A DNA stretch of 64,000 nt from an uncultured delta proteobacterium (GCA_963729715.1 CAVSPA010000014.1:1-64000), one strand, 5' to 3'. Counted from the first letter of the stretch, positions 39,875-51,511 are shown. Numbers and translations: made by a program. The notes: generated by a model not told the origin, from the sequence alone.

Positions 39875-39903
39875 TTGACAAACAAATTTTCCCTCCTTAT
39901 AGT
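39875..39903 (+). promoter_or_regulatory. Sigma70 promoter of the dcw cluster
   Basis: TTGACA-N17-TATAGT. Confidence 0.85.
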
Positions 39904-39910
39904 TAAACCA

Positions 39911-39935
39911 AGTGGAGTAAAGTGGCTTATTGTGG
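39911..39935 (+). promoter_or_regulatory. MraZ operator: three GTGG direct repeats at 10-bp period
   Basis: AGTGG(39911), AGTGG(39921), TGTGG(39931) between the promoter and mraZ. Confidence 0.85.
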
Positions 39936-39948
39936 AGGGAAATCTCTC

Positions 39949-40395
39949 ATGTCCGTCTTCAGGGGTCAGTATCATCATTCGATAGATGCCAAGGGCCGGA
40001 TCATCTTTCCTGCAAAGTTGCGGGAAGTTTTCACCGAGACATACGACAGCAGACTGGTGATTACAAACTGGGACAATTACCTGATGATCTTTCCCTATGA
40101 CGAATGGCGTATCCTCGAGGAGAAGGTGAGCCATCAGTCTCTACTGAGAAAAGAAGTACGGGCCTTTCAGCGTTTTTTCATGTCCGGCGCCGTTGATTGC
40201 TCCTTCGACAGTCAGGGCAGAGTCCTCATTCCCCCCAACCTTCGAGACTATGCGGGCCTTGAGAAAGATATAGTTCTGGCAGGCATGATTAAGGTCGTAG
40301 AGATATGGAGCAAGGAACGTTTTGATGACGAGATGAAGAGAAGCGCAATCGATATCGACAGCTTCAGTAGATATATGGCGGACCTGGGGATATAG
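39949..40395 (+). CDS. mraZ: Transcriptional repressor MraZ
   Basis: [32 protein letters not shown]. Confidence 0.96.
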   Translation: MSVFRGQYHHSIDAKGRIIFPAKLREVFTETYDSRLVITNWDNYLMIFPYDEWRILEEKVSHQSLLRKEVRAFQRFFMSGAVDCSFDSQGRVLIPPNLRDYAGLEKDIVLAGMIKVVEIWSKERFDDEMKRSAIDIDSFSRYMADLGI

Positions 40396-40410
40396 AAAAA
40401 GGCCCATGGA

Positions 40411-41346
40411 ATGTGCTCCTTTCATATACCGGTCATGCAGAGAGAGGTTATTGAGTCCCTTCGTTGCGGACCGGGGGGGATCTATGTTGATGGAACCGTA
40501 GGCGGTGGGGGTCATGCCGGCGAGATTCTTCGTCATAGCGCGCCGGGCGGCTTATTGATAGGCCTGGACATCGATGATGACGCCTTGCGGGAATCGGAAG
40601 AGCGCTTAAGACCCTTTGGCAGCAGAAAGATCCTCGTAAAGGGCAATTTCGCAGAAATAGATACAATCCTAGCCTCTTTGAACATCAGGGAAGTTGATGG
40701 CATCCTGCTCGATTTGGGGGTTTCTGCTCATCAGCTGAAGACAGCTAACAGGGGTTTTAGCTTTTCCCTGAATGCTGCCCTCGATATGCGCATGGATCAG
40801 AGCCGAGGGCTCTCTGCTTACGATATTATCAACACATTTCCGGAAGAAGAGTTGAAGAAGATCATCAAGGACTATGGCGAGGAGATGATGGCAGAAAGGA
40901 TTGTGAAGAGGATCTCCATGCGAAGAAAGACATCCCCCATCGGAACAACGGCAGAACTTGCCGATGTTATTGTCAAGGCTTTACCGTCCACATTCAAGAC
41001 GAGAAGAATTCATCCCGCAACCCGAACTTTCCAGGCAATCAGGATATACGTCAATAACGAGCTTCTAAATCTTCATAACGCCGTTAATCGTGGCGTGGAT
41101 GTGCTCAGAAAGTCGGGGCGCTTTTCTATCATATCGTTTCACTCCCTTGAGGACCGGATTGTTAAAGACGGCTTCCGGTCATGGGAGAAGGCATGTATCT
41201 GCCCTCCGGCATTACCGGTGTGCGCCTGTCATAGAAAAGCCAAGTTGAAGATATTGACCAGAAAGCCGATAACGCCTGCGGCTTCTGAAATGGAATGTAA
41301 TCCGCAGGCAAGAAGCGCGAAGCTTAGAACAGCCGAGAGGATTTAG
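40411..41346 (+). CDS. rsmH: 16S rRNA m4C1402 methyltransferase
   Basis: HIPVM, VDGTVGGGGHA, DLGVSAHQL, LDMRMD, HPATRTFQAIRI, FHSLEDRIVK. Confidence 0.97.
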   Translation: MCSFHIPVMQREVIESLRCGPGGIYVDGTVGGGGHAGEILRHSAPGGLLIGLDIDDDALRESEERLRPFGSRKILVKGNFAEIDTILASLNIREVDGILLDLGVSAHQLKTANRGFSFSLNAALDMRMDQSRGLSAYDIINTFPEEELKKIIKDYGEEMMAERIVKRISMRRKTSPIGTTAELADVIVKALPSTFKTRRIHPATRTFQAIRIYVNNELLNLHNAVNRGVDVLRKSGRFSIISFHSLEDRIVKDGFRSWEKACICPPALPVCACHRKAKLKILTRKPITPAASEMECNPQARSAKLRTAERI

Positions 41347-41348
41347 GA

Positions 41349-41726
41349 ATGCAGTCGGAAGAAGTCATCCAGGGAAATGTCTGCGATGTAGAGAAGGTTT
41401 CCAGTCAGATAAAGTATTCGAATTTTATCTTCGTCACCTTGGTACTCATGGCAGTCGCCCTTTTCTATGTGTGGTCACATATTCATATGACTGAGCTCGA
41501 GTACATGGTTGCGGCGGAAATGAGTATAAAGGAAAAACTTGTCGAGGAACAGACGAAGTTGAAGGTCGAGATCGCAACCTTAAAATCACCGCAGCGCCTT
41601 GAAACAATAGCGAAAGAACAGCTACAGATGACGTATCCTACAAGGGATCAGATCATAATCCTCAATAACGATGATACGGCAAGTGCCAACAAGCAGGTCC
41701 CCAATGATCAGGTGGTGCAGCAATGA
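41349..41726 (+). CDS. ftsL: Cell division protein FtsL
   Basis: TM helix plus coiled coil, LKSPQRLETIAKEQLQM; between rsmH and ftsI. Confidence 0.88.
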   Translation: MQSEEVIQGNVCDVEKVSSQIKYSNFIFVTLVLMAVALFYVWSHIHMTELEYMVAAEMSIKEKLVEEQTKLKVEIATLKSPQRLETIAKEQLQMTYPTRDQIIILNNDDTASANKQVPNDQVVQQ

Positions 41727-43717
41727 CGGGTGAATCAAAGAAATGGCTGAAACTCAGGATTGTGACGGTACTGGTATTTTTCCTGGTGCTTTTCATTGCT
41801 CTCATATCGAGGGCGTTCCAGATTCAGGTGCTTTCCGGAAAACTCCTGAAAACACTTGCCGAGAGGCAACACATAAAGACGCTGCAGATCGAACCGGAAA
41901 GGGGCATTATCTTTGACCGCAACGGCGAGAAACTCGCTGCGAGCAGTATGGTGAGCTCCGTATTTGCTGACCCATCGAAGATAAGCAATACCTCTGAGGT
42001 CGCCGAAGCATTAGCCCCTATTCTCAATTTAGATAAGGAAACTATTATAAAAAAACTTTCCGGCTCAAAAAATTTCTGCTGGTTAGCGAGAAAAATCCCT
42101 GCTGACCAGGCGAGCAGGATAGAGGCCCTGAATATCGATAATGTCTTTCTAGTTAAAGAGCCGAAACGATTTTATCCAAACGGAGAACTGGCCGGCCGCC
42201 TTATCGGATTCGTAGGATTGGACTACACCGGCCTCGAAGGATTAGAGCTCAAATATGATAACTACTTGAAGGCAACGCCGGAAAAGCTAATCTGGGCGCG
42301 GGATGCAAGAGGGAACCGATTGTATCCGCGGATCGAAAAACCCGTCGTACAGCAGGAAGAAGGATATAATCTCATTTTGACAATCGACAGCCGCATCCAG
42401 CACATCGTGGAAACGAATTTGCAGGAGGCGATTACGGCAAAAGGCGCAAAGGGTGGCTTCGTCGTTGTCATGGACCCTAAGACCGGTGAAATACTCGCTC
42501 TCGCCGATCAACCCGGCTTCGATCCAAACAAATTTTCCACCTACAATCTGGGCAAAGGAAAAAATAAGGTTATTACAGATTCTTTCGATCCGGGTTCAAC
42601 CTTCAAGCCTTTTCTCGCGGCGGGAGCCCTTGAGGAAGGCATAGTAAAGGAAACGGACAGGTTTAACTGTGAAAATGGGTCATACGTGGTATCAGACAGG
42701 ACTTTCCATGAGGCAAACAAAAAGAGGTATGGCTCTCTTACTTTTCACGACGTGCTGAAGTATTCAAGCAATATTGGATGCGTGAAGATCTCCGAAAGGC
42801 TGAAGAAAGAAAAATTTTACCATTATATTACACAATTTGGATTCGGCTCAAAGACGGGAATCGATCTTCCCGGGGAGGTAAGCGGACTATTGAGGCCGCA
42901 GCAAAACTGGACAAGGGTTGATACGTCGACCATTGCCTTCGGCCAGGGCGTCTCTGTCACTGCCATTCAGCTTATCACGGCCCTTTCCGCCATAGCAAAT
43001 GAAGGCATGCTGATGAAGCCCCATATCGTGCGTGCGGTTGTCAACAAGCAGGGGCAGATTGTCAAGAAAGTCACGCCCACTCCTGTAAGGCAGGTCGTAT
43101 CACCGAAGACGGCAAAAAGACTCACGGCCATCCTGACGGATGTAGTCGGGGAAGACGACGGAACCGGCAAGAAAGCCCAGATCCCTAACGTCGCCGTGGC
43201 AGGCAAGACGGGAACTTCCCAAAAGTTCGATTTTCCCCGGCGTGCCTATTCTTCTGAAAGGGTTCGCACCTCCTTTATGGGATTCTTCCCCGCCGAAGAT
43301 CCGCAGGTTGCCATCCTAGTGACACTCGATGAGCCGCAGAGGGACAAGTGGGGTGGAGTGGCTGCAGCTCCTGTTTTCAAGAATATCGGCGAACAGATCT
43401 TGACGTGTTTCAAAACAGATATTAAGGAAGCTCCTTTCCCCGTTCTCGAAGAGGAGAAACCAAACGGCATTAAATTAAAGCTCGTGTCTGCACCTCAAAT
43501 AATAAGCAGGCACAACGATATGGAAAATGACATGGATGAGCCGTTCATGCCAGATTTCACCGGCATGACCATGAGAGACGTTCTGAAGAAGGCAAGGGAA
43601 AAAGGGCTTGATGTGAAAATAGCAGGGACCGGCTGGGCAGTGAGTCAGGAGCCCAAGCCCGGGATTCCCATACGCAATCATCGGAACTGCGCTGTTTCTT
43701 TCAGCACGGGCTATTGA
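41723..43717 (+). CDS. ftsI: Penicillin-binding protein 3 (transpeptidase + PASTA)
   Basis: RGIIFDRNG, PGSTFKP (SxxK), SSNIG (SxN), GKTGT, C-terminal PASTA MPDFTGM. Confidence 0.95.
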   Translation: MTGESKKWLKLRIVTVLVFFLVLFIALISRAFQIQVLSGKLLKTLAERQHIKTLQIEPERGIIFDRNGEKLAASSMVSSVFADPSKISNTSEVAEALAPILNLDKETIIKKLSGSKNFCWLARKIPADQASRIEALNIDNVFLVKEPKRFYPNGELAGRLIGFVGLDYTGLEGLELKYDNYLKATPEKLIWARDARGNRLYPRIEKPVVQQEEGYNLILTIDSRIQHIVETNLQEAITAKGAKGGFVVVMDPKTGEILALADQPGFDPNKFSTYNLGKGKNKVITDSFDPGSTFKPFLAAGALEEGIVKETDRFNCENGSYVVSDRTFHEANKKRYGSLTFHDVLKYSSNIGCVKISERLKKEKFYHYITQFGFGSKTGIDLPGEVSGLLRPQQNWTRVDTSTIAFGQGVSVTAIQLITALSAIANEGMLMKPHIVRAVVNKQGQIVKKVTPTPVRQVVSPKTAKRLTAILTDVVGEDDGTGKKAQIPNVAVAGKTGTSQKFDFPRRAYSSERVRTSFMGFFPAEDPQVAILVTLDEPQRDKWGGVAAAPVFKNIGEQILTCFKTDIKEAPFPVLEEEKPNGIKLKLVSAPQIISRHNDMENDMDEPFMPDFTGMTMRDVLKKAREKGLDVKIAGTGWAVSQEPKPGIPIRNHRNCAVSFSTGY

Positions 43718-43726
43718 GGAACCAAT

Positions 43727-45268
43727 GTGCAAATACAGGCTGTGATAAAGGATATCGATATTTTCCAGGTCTCTGGAATCCTTTCAGGAGAAGTCTCAGC
43801 CATTTGCTATGATTCAAGGAACTGTGGGAAAGACAGCCTGTTCGTGGCTGTAAGCGGTCTCAAGCTCGACGGTCATGCATATATAAAAGAAGCAATTGAC
43901 CGGGGCGCAAAATTCGTCGTTCACGAAAAAGATTATTCCCCGCCACCCGGAGTAACGTCTATCAGGGTCTCCAACAGCCGCGCGATCCTCGGCGTCCTCG
44001 GAAAGAATTTTTACAACGACCCGTCTTCCCAACTTTGTCTCATAGGCGTCACGGGGACAAACGGAAAGACAACGGTGACCTACTTGCTGGAAGCCATACT
44101 CAAGGCAGCGGGATTTTCCGTCGGCATAGTGGGAACGGTCAACTACCGGTTTAATGATAAAGAGATGCCTGCCCCGCATACGACACCGGAGTCATATGAA
44201 TCGCAGCGCATATTGAGATTTATGGTCGATCAGGGCGTTACCCACGTTGTTATGGAGGTTTCTTCCCACGCACTTGATCTAAGAAGGGTAGATGAATGCT
44301 CCTTCGACATGGGCATCTTCACAAACCTCTCGCAGGACCATCTGGATTATCATGAGACTTTGGAAAATTATTTCCAGGCGAAGAAGCGCTTCTTTACGGA
44401 GATCATACCGGCGGGCAAAAAAACCTATGCGTACAGAATGATCATTAACGGAGACGACCCTTGGGGGCGGAGAATCGTTGATGAGGTGGGTACAAGGCTC
44501 CCTTACCGCACGTACTGCATTGAAAGTAAATGTGACGTGACTGCCGAGAGATATGCATTTTCTCTGGAAGGGACGAGAGCTGAAATAGATGCCAGCGGCA
44601 GCCATATTGCCATATTTTCGCCGCTCATCGGAAAATTCAATTTGCATAATATACTGGCTTCCGTAACGGCGGCCTCCTCGCTTGGCGTACCTGAGAGCTT
44701 CATTCGCATCGGTGTGGTAGAGTTGAGAAATGTGCCGGGGCGGCTTGAAAAGGTGAGTGTTCCCGGCGACCCTGATGTCTTTGTCGACTATGCGCATACG
44801 GAAGATGCCCTGCAGCGGGTGTTGCAGAATCTATCTCCGTTCAAGAAGGGGCGCATCATCACGGTATTCGGCTGCGGCGGCGACAGGGACCGCGGGAAAA
44901 GACCCCTCATGGGAAAGGCCGCGACGGCTTGGAGCGACCTGGCCATTCTGACCTCGGACAATCCGAGAACGGAAGACCCGCTCTCCATTATCGCGGAGAT
45001 AGAAAAGGGTATGGGCGGAAACTCCGCCAGGAAGCTTCTTCCGGGGGAGTTTAAAAAAAACACAAATGAGAAAAGTTATGTAGTGATTCCCGATCGCAGA
45101 GAGGCAATCGAAACGGCTGTCGCCCTTGCCGGCAATTCAGATATCGTACTCATCGCGGGAAAGGGACATGAGGATTATCAGATCATCGGAGCAAAGAGGA
45201 TACCCTTTGACGACAGGCTCGTCGCCAAAGAAGCATTGATGAATAAACGGCATGAGGCAAAACATTGA
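43727..45268 (+). CDS. murE: UDP-MurNAc-L-Ala-D-Glu--meso-DAP ligase
   Basis: GVTGTNGKTT, MEVSSH, DYAHT, GCGGDRD, DNPR (DAP-specific), AGKGHE. Confidence 0.97.
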   Translation: MQIQAVIKDIDIFQVSGILSGEVSAICYDSRNCGKDSLFVAVSGLKLDGHAYIKEAIDRGAKFVVHEKDYSPPPGVTSIRVSNSRAILGVLGKNFYNDPSSQLCLIGVTGTNGKTTVTYLLEAILKAAGFSVGIVGTVNYRFNDKEMPAPHTTPESYESQRILRFMVDQGVTHVVMEVSSHALDLRRVDECSFDMGIFTNLSQDHLDYHETLENYFQAKKRFFTEIIPAGKKTYAYRMIINGDDPWGRRIVDEVGTRLPYRTYCIESKCDVTAERYAFSLEGTRAEIDASGSHIAIFSPLIGKFNLHNILASVTAASSLGVPESFIRIGVVELRNVPGRLEKVSVPGDPDVFVDYAHTEDALQRVLQNLSPFKKGRIITVFGCGGDRDRGKRPLMGKAATAWSDLAILTSDNPRTEDPLSIIAEIEKGMGGNSARKLLPGEFKKNTNEKSYVVIPDRREAIETAVALAGNSDIVLIAGKGHEDYQIIGAKRIPFDDRLVAKEALMNKRHEAKH

Positions 45269-46707
45269 AACCAGAGCCATCAATTCCCGATTTGGACGTC
45301 AATGAAGTCTTAAGTGCCACAGGAGGAACTTTGGCAGGCGAAAGTACAGACACAGTATTTAAGGGAGTATCCACAGATTCAAGGCAGATAATGCCGGGAA
45401 GTTTGTTTATCCCCCTCATAGGAGAAAAATTCGACGGTCATGATTTTATCGCCGCCGCAGTAAAGAATGGGGCCCACGGCTTTCTGGTAGAGAGGGGATA
45501 TGAAAATAAGATAAAAGAGAAGTTTGCAGACAAGACCATCATCCGTGTTGACGATACCCTGAAGGCGCTCGGCGATATAGCCCATTTCTGGCGAAAGAAA
45601 TTTAGGGTCAGGGTTGTCGCCATCACAGGCAGTTCCGGAAAAACAACGACGAAGGAAATGCTCGCAGGCATTGCCGGACTGACAAAAAAAATTATCCGGG
45701 CACAGGGAAATTACAATAACCTCATCGGTCTTCCCATGACCGTCCTCAATATCAACGCCCAACATGAACTGGTCATCCTCGAGATGGGTACAAACACAAG
45801 GGGAGAAATCGGCAGGCTGACGGAAATCGCAGAACCTGACATCGGACTTATTACCAATATAGGCCCGGCACATCTCGAAGGCTTCAAATCAGTTGAGGCA
45901 GTGCGCGAAGAGAAACTGGACCTTTTTCGGAAAATGCCGGATGCCGGAGTTGCCGTCATAAATCTCGATGATGAAAGACTGCTCGTAACCGACAAAGACT
46001 GGCGTGGGAAAAGGGTTACATTCGGCCTCGGAAACGATGCCGACGTCTCAGCGGCAGACATCGAACCTAAGGGTATGAACGGGGTAGGATTTACCATTAG
46101 AATAGGTAGTTTGAAGCAGAGAATAATCATGTCAATTGCGGGCAATCACAATGTCTATAATGCCCTTGCTGCCGCTGCATCATCCTGGGCTCTGGATATT
46201 GACTTCCCTACGATCTGTCAGGGGTTAATGGCATTTCAACCTATCTCCGGGCGTATGGAGATACATCGGTTGAAAAATGGAGCATTTATTATCAACGATA
46301 CATACAACGCCAACCCTGCATCGTTCGGAGAGGCCCTCAAGACCCTGAGAGACTTGAAGGGAAATGAGAAGAGCACAGTAATCATGGGTGACATGCTTGA
46401 GCTCGGCGACCAGGCGGAGGCGATGCATGAAGGTATCGGGAGTCTTATGGCAGACACTGGGGTGGACACCATTTACCTCAGAGGAAGGCTCTCCCCGGCG
46501 ACGGCAGCAGGGGCGTTGAAAAGAAAGATGTCAAAGGAAAAGATTATTTTTTTCGAAACCCCTGATGAAATCATAGACCGTCTGTCCGCTGATGTGAAAA
46601 AAGGTGACTGGATACTCGTCAAAGGATCGCGACGGACAAGAATGGAACAGGCGGTAGAGAAGATTATTGAAGCCTTTGGCATTGAGGAAAGCCGAGGAAA
46701 GAAGTGA
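45265..46707 (+). CDS. murF: UDP-MurNAc-tripeptide--D-Ala-D-Ala ligase
   Basis: [49 protein letters not shown]. Confidence 0.97.
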   Translation: MKPEPSIPDLDVNEVLSATGGTLAGESTDTVFKGVSTDSRQIMPGSLFIPLIGEKFDGHDFIAAAVKNGAHGFLVERGYENKIKEKFADKTIIRVDDTLKALGDIAHFWRKKFRVRVVAITGSSGKTTTKEMLAGIAGLTKKIIRAQGNYNNLIGLPMTVLNINAQHELVILEMGTNTRGEIGRLTEIAEPDIGLITNIGPAHLEGFKSVEAVREEKLDLFRKMPDAGVAVINLDDERLLVTDKDWRGKRVTFGLGNDADVSAADIEPKGMNGVGFTIRIGSLKQRIIMSIAGNHNVYNALAAAASSWALDIDFPTICQGLMAFQPISGRMEIHRLKNGAFIINDTYNANPASFGEALKTLRDLKGNEKSTVIMGDMLELGDQAEAMHEGIGSLMADTGVDTIYLRGRLSPATAAGALKRKMSKEKIIFFETPDEIIDRLSADVKKGDWILVKGSRRTRMEQAVEKIIEAFGIEESRGKK

Positions 46708-46720
46708 GAGGAGCCATAAA

Positions 46721-47800
46721 ATGATCTATCATCTCTTATATCCCCTGCACGATAAATTCTCCTATTTCAATGTCTTTCGATACATCACGTTCAGGACGAT
46801 ATATGCCACGGTCACGGCGCTCTTGATCTGCTTTGTCATCGGCCCTTGGCTGATAAGGAAACTTCAGTCCCTGCAAATCGGGCAGCCCATAAGGAACGAT
46901 GGGCCGGACACACATCTTGCCAAAAAGGGAACTCCCACTATGGGCGGCCTCCTTATCATTTTTTCTATCGTCATTTCCACCCTCCTCTGGGCCAACCTGA
47001 CAGTCGATTACGTCTGGCTTGTTGTCATGGTCATCGTCGGCTATGGACTCATTGGATTCATGGACGACTATAAAAAACTCTCACACCAGGACAGCCGGGG
47101 AATTCCAGGAAAGGTAAGACTCGCAGGCGAAATCGCTATAGCGCTGTTTGTCAGCACTATCCTCTATCTCAAGCCGGGTTTTACTTCCAGTGTAACGATT
47201 CCCTTTTTCAAGACTGCGCTCCCAGACCTTGGATGGGGGTATGTAGTACTCTCGACATTTGTGATTGTCGGGGCCGCCAACGCCGTGAACCTGACAGACG
47301 GCCTCGATGGCCTAGCCATTGGTCCTGCGATTACATGTTTCATGACGTATCTCCTGTTTGCTTACTTTGCCGGCAACGTGAGGATTGCAGGCTATCTGCA
47401 AATCCCCTATGTCGCGGGAACGGGGGAGCTTGCCATACTATGCGGCGCCACAGTGGGAGCCGGCCTGGGCTTTCTCTGGTACAACTCATATCCCGCGCAG
47501 GTATTTATGGGAGACGTGGGTTCTCTAGCCCTCGGTGGCACCTTGGGGACACTTGCGATACTTACAAAACAGGAGATTCTTCTTGCCATAGTCGGTGGAA
47601 TATTTGTCCTGGAGACCTTTTCTGTTATCTTTCAAGTTGGCTGGTTCAAAATGACCAACGGCAAGCGTATCTTCAGAATGGCGCCGCTTCACCATCACTT
47701 CGAGCTCAAGGGCTGGGCGGAACCGAAAGTTATCGTCCGCTTCTGGATAATTTCCATTCTTCTGGCCCTCGTGGCGATAAGCACCTTGAAATTGAGATGA
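46721..47800 (+). CDS. mraY: Phospho-MurNAc-pentapeptide transferase
   Basis: [39 protein letters not shown]. Confidence 0.97.
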   Translation: MIYHLLYPLHDKFSYFNVFRYITFRTIYATVTALLICFVIGPWLIRKLQSLQIGQPIRNDGPDTHLAKKGTPTMGGLLIIFSIVISTLLWANLTVDYVWLVVMVIVGYGLIGFMDDYKKLSHQDSRGIPGKVRLAGEIAIALFVSTILYLKPGFTSSVTIPFFKTALPDLGWGYVVLSTFVIVGAANAVNLTDGLDGLAIGPAITCFMTYLLFAYFAGNVRIAGYLQIPYVAGTGELAILCGATVGAGLGFLWYNSYPAQVFMGDVGSLALGGTLGTLAILTKQEILLAIVGGIFVLETFSVIFQVGWFKMTNGKRIFRMAPLHHHFELKGWAEPKVIVRFWIISILLALVAISTLKLR

Positions 47801-47810
47801 GACAAATCTT

Positions 47811-49157
47811 ATGAACCTCAAAGGGCAAAGGATATTAGTAATAGGGCTGGGAAAGACGGGAATCGCTTCTGTCCGGTTTCTTGTCGAACAAGGCGCCCGC
47901 GTCATAGCGACTGATGCAAAGCCGCAAGCGGAGTTGAAGGACGCCGTTCGTGAGCTGGGCAGCTTGCCTGCGGACCTGGAATTCTGCGAGTATAACACTG
48001 ACATCTTGTCTCGAGTCGATATGATCGTGCCCTCCCCCGGCGTACCGCCTGCCAATATTATCCTCGCCGCAGCGAATAGCAAAAAAATACCGATCCTGAG
48101 TGAGATCGAACTCGCCTATAGATTTTTAAAGCCACCGCTGATCGCAATTACCGGCACTAACGGGAAAACGACCACGACCACCCTGATAGGTCATATCCTC
48201 GCAAGAGAGGGGAAGAGGGTCTTTGTAGGGGGGAACATCGGAAATCCCCTGGTCGGCTACCTGGAAGGAAAGCAGGACGATGATTATGCGGTTGTCGAGG
48301 TGAGCAGTTTCCAGTTGCAGTGGATTCAGTCTTTTCACCCTTTTGTTTCCATCCTTCTCAATACGACCTGTGACCACGTCGATTATCACGGCTCCTTTGA
48401 GGCATACCGCGCGACCAAAGAAAGGATTTTCGAGAATCAGAAAGACTCTGATCTTGCCATTCTGAACGCCGATGAACCGAGATCCTTTCTTCTGGCAAAG
48501 AACATGGCCGCGAAAGTGCAGCTCTTCGGCACCAGGGCCGAGGTGAAAAAGGGCATCTTCCTCAAAGACAGAACGCTTGTCCATTGTACTGCCGGAGGTA
48601 CTCGGGAAGAGTACCCGCTCGACATGATCAAGATGCCCGGCCTTCACAATGTGGAAAACGTCATGGCCGCCATAATGGCCGCCAGGTATTGCGAATGCTC
48701 GCGCGCGGGCATCATCAGCGCCGTTGCCGATTTCAAGGGCATCCCGCACAGGATAGAATTCACGGAAGAAAAGAATGGCGTGGCATTTTACGACGATTCG
48801 AAAGGGACCAACGTAGGCGCCGTGGCGCGAGCACTGGAAACATTTTCCCGACCTATAATTCTGCTTATGGGAGGAAGGGACAAGGAGGGCGATTTCGGAA
48901 CCCTGTCTCCCCTTCTAAACTCAAAGGTTAAAGAACTTGTTCTTTTCGGCGAGGCGAGAAACAAGATATATGACCTGATCGGCGACGCGGTAAAGACATC
49001 AAAAACGACGACAATGCAAGACGCGATTGAGTTGGCCTATCGACATTCACAGCCGGGGGATGTCGTCCTGCTTTCTCCCGGCTGCGCAAGCTTTGATGAG
49101 TTTTCTAACTATAAAGAACGGGGAAGATTTTTTAAAGATGTGGTCAAGGGTCTCTAA
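47811..49157 (+). CDS. murD: UDP-MurNAc-L-Ala--D-Glu ligase
   Basis: GLGKTG, SPGVP, ITGTNGKTTT, GGNIG, EVSSFQL, DDSKGTN, LSPGCASFD. Confidence 0.97.
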   Translation: MNLKGQRILVIGLGKTGIASVRFLVEQGARVIATDAKPQAELKDAVRELGSLPADLEFCEYNTDILSRVDMIVPSPGVPPANIILAAANSKKIPILSEIELAYRFLKPPLIAITGTNGKTTTTTLIGHILAREGKRVFVGGNIGNPLVGYLEGKQDDDYAVVEVSSFQLQWIQSFHPFVSILLNTTCDHVDYHGSFEAYRATKERIFENQKDSDLAILNADEPRSFLLAKNMAAKVQLFGTRAEVKKGIFLKDRTLVHCTAGGTREEYPLDMIKMPGLHNVENVMAAIMAARYCECSRAGIISAVADFKGIPHRIEFTEEKNGVAFYDDSKGTNVGAVARALETFSRPIILLMGGRDKEGDFGTLSPLLNSKVKELVLFGEARNKIYDLIGDAVKTSKTTTMQDAIELAYRHSQPGDVVLLSPGCASFDEFSNYKERGRFFKDVVKGL

Positions 49158-49167
49158 ATCATTAAAA

Positions 49168-50265
49168 ATGCCTCCGCAGGAAAAGGCAATGGACATTATT
49201 CTCCTGCTGGTCACGCTGATTTTGGTGACCATAGGTACAGTAATGATCTACAGCTCAAGCTCCATACTCGCCATGAAGAAGTTTAACGACGGGCAGTACT
49301 TTCTCAAAAAGCAGATATTCTTTGTGCTCCTTGGCTTAGGCATCATGGTGTTGATGACGAAGATTCCTTACGACCGGCTGAAAAAGCTCGCATATCCTGG
49401 CGTTCTTCTATCCACGGTTTTCCTGTCTCTGCTCCTTATACCCCATATCGGAATCCGCGCCGGAGGCGCAACCAGATGGCTTAAGGTGGGCTTCTTTTCG
49501 TTCCAAGTTACCGAAATGGTCAAGGTATCCATGGTGCTCTTTCTCGCCCATTTCCTGACAAAGAAATACAGCCAGATAGCCGATTTTAAACGTGCAGTCC
49601 TGTTGCCTCTGGTCGTCATACTGTTCATCGTGGGGCTGATTCTTCTGGAACCGGACTTTGGTACGGCGGTCATCATATCTCTGATAATGATGTTGATGTT
49701 CTACCTTGCGGGCTGCAAGGTTCTTCATCTTACCGGCATAGTGGCGATTTTCGCACCCGCCGCTGTCTGGCTCCTTGTTCACAAAAGCTACCGGCTGGTA
49801 AGGTTGATGAGCTTCCTCGATCCATGGAAGGATCCTCAACGTTCAGGATTTCAAATCATTCAATCTCTTCTATCCTTCGGCTCAGGGGGTACATTCGGCG
49901 TGGGAATAGGAGACGGGATGCAGAAACTTTTTTATCTTCCTGAACCGCACACAGACTTTATCCTGTCCATCATCGCCGAAGAGAGCGGCTTTATCGGCGT
50001 CCTCATTGTCTTATTTCTCTTCGCTATCCTTATTGTAAGGGGACTCCTGATATCCTTCAGGGCGCCGGACCTTTTCAGCAGCCTTCTTGCCGCAGGATTG
50101 ACCATGGTCATTGCCCTCGAAGCATTTATCAATATCGCCGGTGTCATGGGATTGATCCCCCTCAAGGGACTGGCGCTTCCACTCGTGAGTTACGGCGGCA
50201 CATCATTGATCATGTCCCTGGCAACGGTCGGTATACTGCTGAATATCTCCTCCTACCAAAAATGA
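49168..50265 (+). CDS. ftsW: SEDS peptidoglycan polymerase FtsW
   Basis: GATRWL, EPDFGT, FLDPW, LPEPHTDFI, PLVSYGGTS; start codon uncertain (49168 or 49189). Confidence 0.95.
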   Translation: MPPQEKAMDIILLLVTLILVTIGTVMIYSSSSILAMKKFNDGQYFLKKQIFFVLLGLGIMVLMTKIPYDRLKKLAYPGVLLSTVFLSLLLIPHIGIRAGGATRWLKVGFFSFQVTEMVKVSMVLFLAHFLTKKYSQIADFKRAVLLPLVVILFIVGLILLEPDFGTAVIISLIMMLMFYLAGCKVLHLTGIVAIFAPAAVWLLVHKSYRLVRLMSFLDPWKDPQRSGFQIIQSLLSFGSGGTFGVGIGDGMQKLFYLPEPHTDFILSIIAEESGFIGVLIVLFLFAILIVRGLLISFRAPDLFSSLLAAGLTMVIALEAFINIAGVMGLIPLKGLALPLVSYGGTSLIMSLATVGILLNISSYQK

Positions 50266-50284
50266 AAAGATACGGGAACGGGAT

Positions 50285-51373
50285 ATGAAAATTATCATAG
50301 CAGGCGGCGGAACGGGAGGACACCTTTTCCCAGGAATTGCCATAGCCGAGGAATTTCTGAGAAGGGATCAGACGAGCAGCATCCTTTTTGTAGGAACGCG
50401 GAAGGGCCTGGAACAGAGGGTGCTGGACAATATGGGATTTAATCTGCACGCCCTTGATGTGGAAGGAATTAAAGGAAGAGGAATCACAAAAGTCCTCGGT
50501 GCTCTCCTGAAGATCCCTCGAAGCATAATTGAGTCCTACAGGCTGATCCAGTCATTTTGCCCGGACATAGTCATCGGAGTGGGAGGCTATGCCTCTGGTC
50601 CGGCCGTAATGACGGCACGCCTCATGGGCATCAAGACAGCCATTGCTGAGCAGAACGCACTGCCGGGCATCACCAACAGGATCCTCGGAAAATTCGTCGA
50701 CAGGATATTCGTGACCTTCCCGGAAACAAAGAAATGGTTTCCCGAAAAAAAGATTATAGCCTCCGGAAACCCTGTCAGGGCGGCCTTTCTTCCCGGAATA
50801 CGGGAAGCGGAAAAAATAGCGGGCAGGTTTTCGCTTCTTATTTTTGGCGGAAGCCAGGGCGCCCGCGGCATAAATACGGCGGTCCTCGATTCTCTCCCTC
50901 ATCTTACGAAGATCAAGGACAAGTTAAAGATTATACACCAAACAGGGAGTGCGGATATTGATTCCCTCGCGGCGCATTACCGGTCACACGGGATTGATGC
51001 AGACGTCCTGCCTTTTATCATGGACATGGCCAGTGCATTCAGATCTGCGGATCTGATTATCTGCAGGGCCGGCGCCACGTCCATCGCGGAAATCACGGCG
51101 AGCGGCAAGGCGGCCATATTGATACCTTTTCCCCATGCCGTAAATGATCACCAGACGAAGAACGCCGAGGCGCTGATCAAAGTGGGGGCAGCCGTGCTGA
51201 TACCCGAGAAGGGCATCAGCGGCAAGATGCTGGCTGAAACAGTCGAAAACTTTTATCTCCATCCGGAATTGATAAGAGAGATGGAAGCCCGATCAGCTAG
51301 CCTCGGTAACGTCAGTGCGGCAGCTGATATCGTAGATGCGTGCATAGGGCTCATAACTTTAAGAAATTTGTAA
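50285..51373 (+). CDS. murG: Lipid II GlcNAc transferase MurG
   Basis: GGGTGGHLFP, GGYASGP, EQNALPG, GNPVR, GGSQGA, CRAGATS, HQTKNA. Confidence 0.97.
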   Translation: MKIIIAGGGTGGHLFPGIAIAEEFLRRDQTSSILFVGTRKGLEQRVLDNMGFNLHALDVEGIKGRGITKVLGALLKIPRSIIESYRLIQSFCPDIVIGVGGYASGPAVMTARLMGIKTAIAEQNALPGITNRILGKFVDRIFVTFPETKKWFPEKKIIASGNPVRAAFLPGIREAEKIAGRFSLLIFGGSQGARGINTAVLDSLPHLTKIKDKLKIIHQTGSADIDSLAAHYRSHGIDADVLPFIMDMASAFRSADLIICRAGATSIAEITASGKAAILIPFPHAVNDHQTKNAEALIKVGAAVLIPEKGISGKMLAETVENFYLHPELIREMEARSASLGNVSAAADIVDACIGLITLRNL

Positions 51374-51511
51374 TTTTTTTGTAGATTTCATACAAGATAT
51401 AGTATATACAGACAAAAGATATACAATATACAGTGAAAAGACCTACATTTTGACGAGGGTAGCGTGGGTTGAATGGGGCGGGTAATGAATAACGGCAACA
51501 GAAGAGACACC

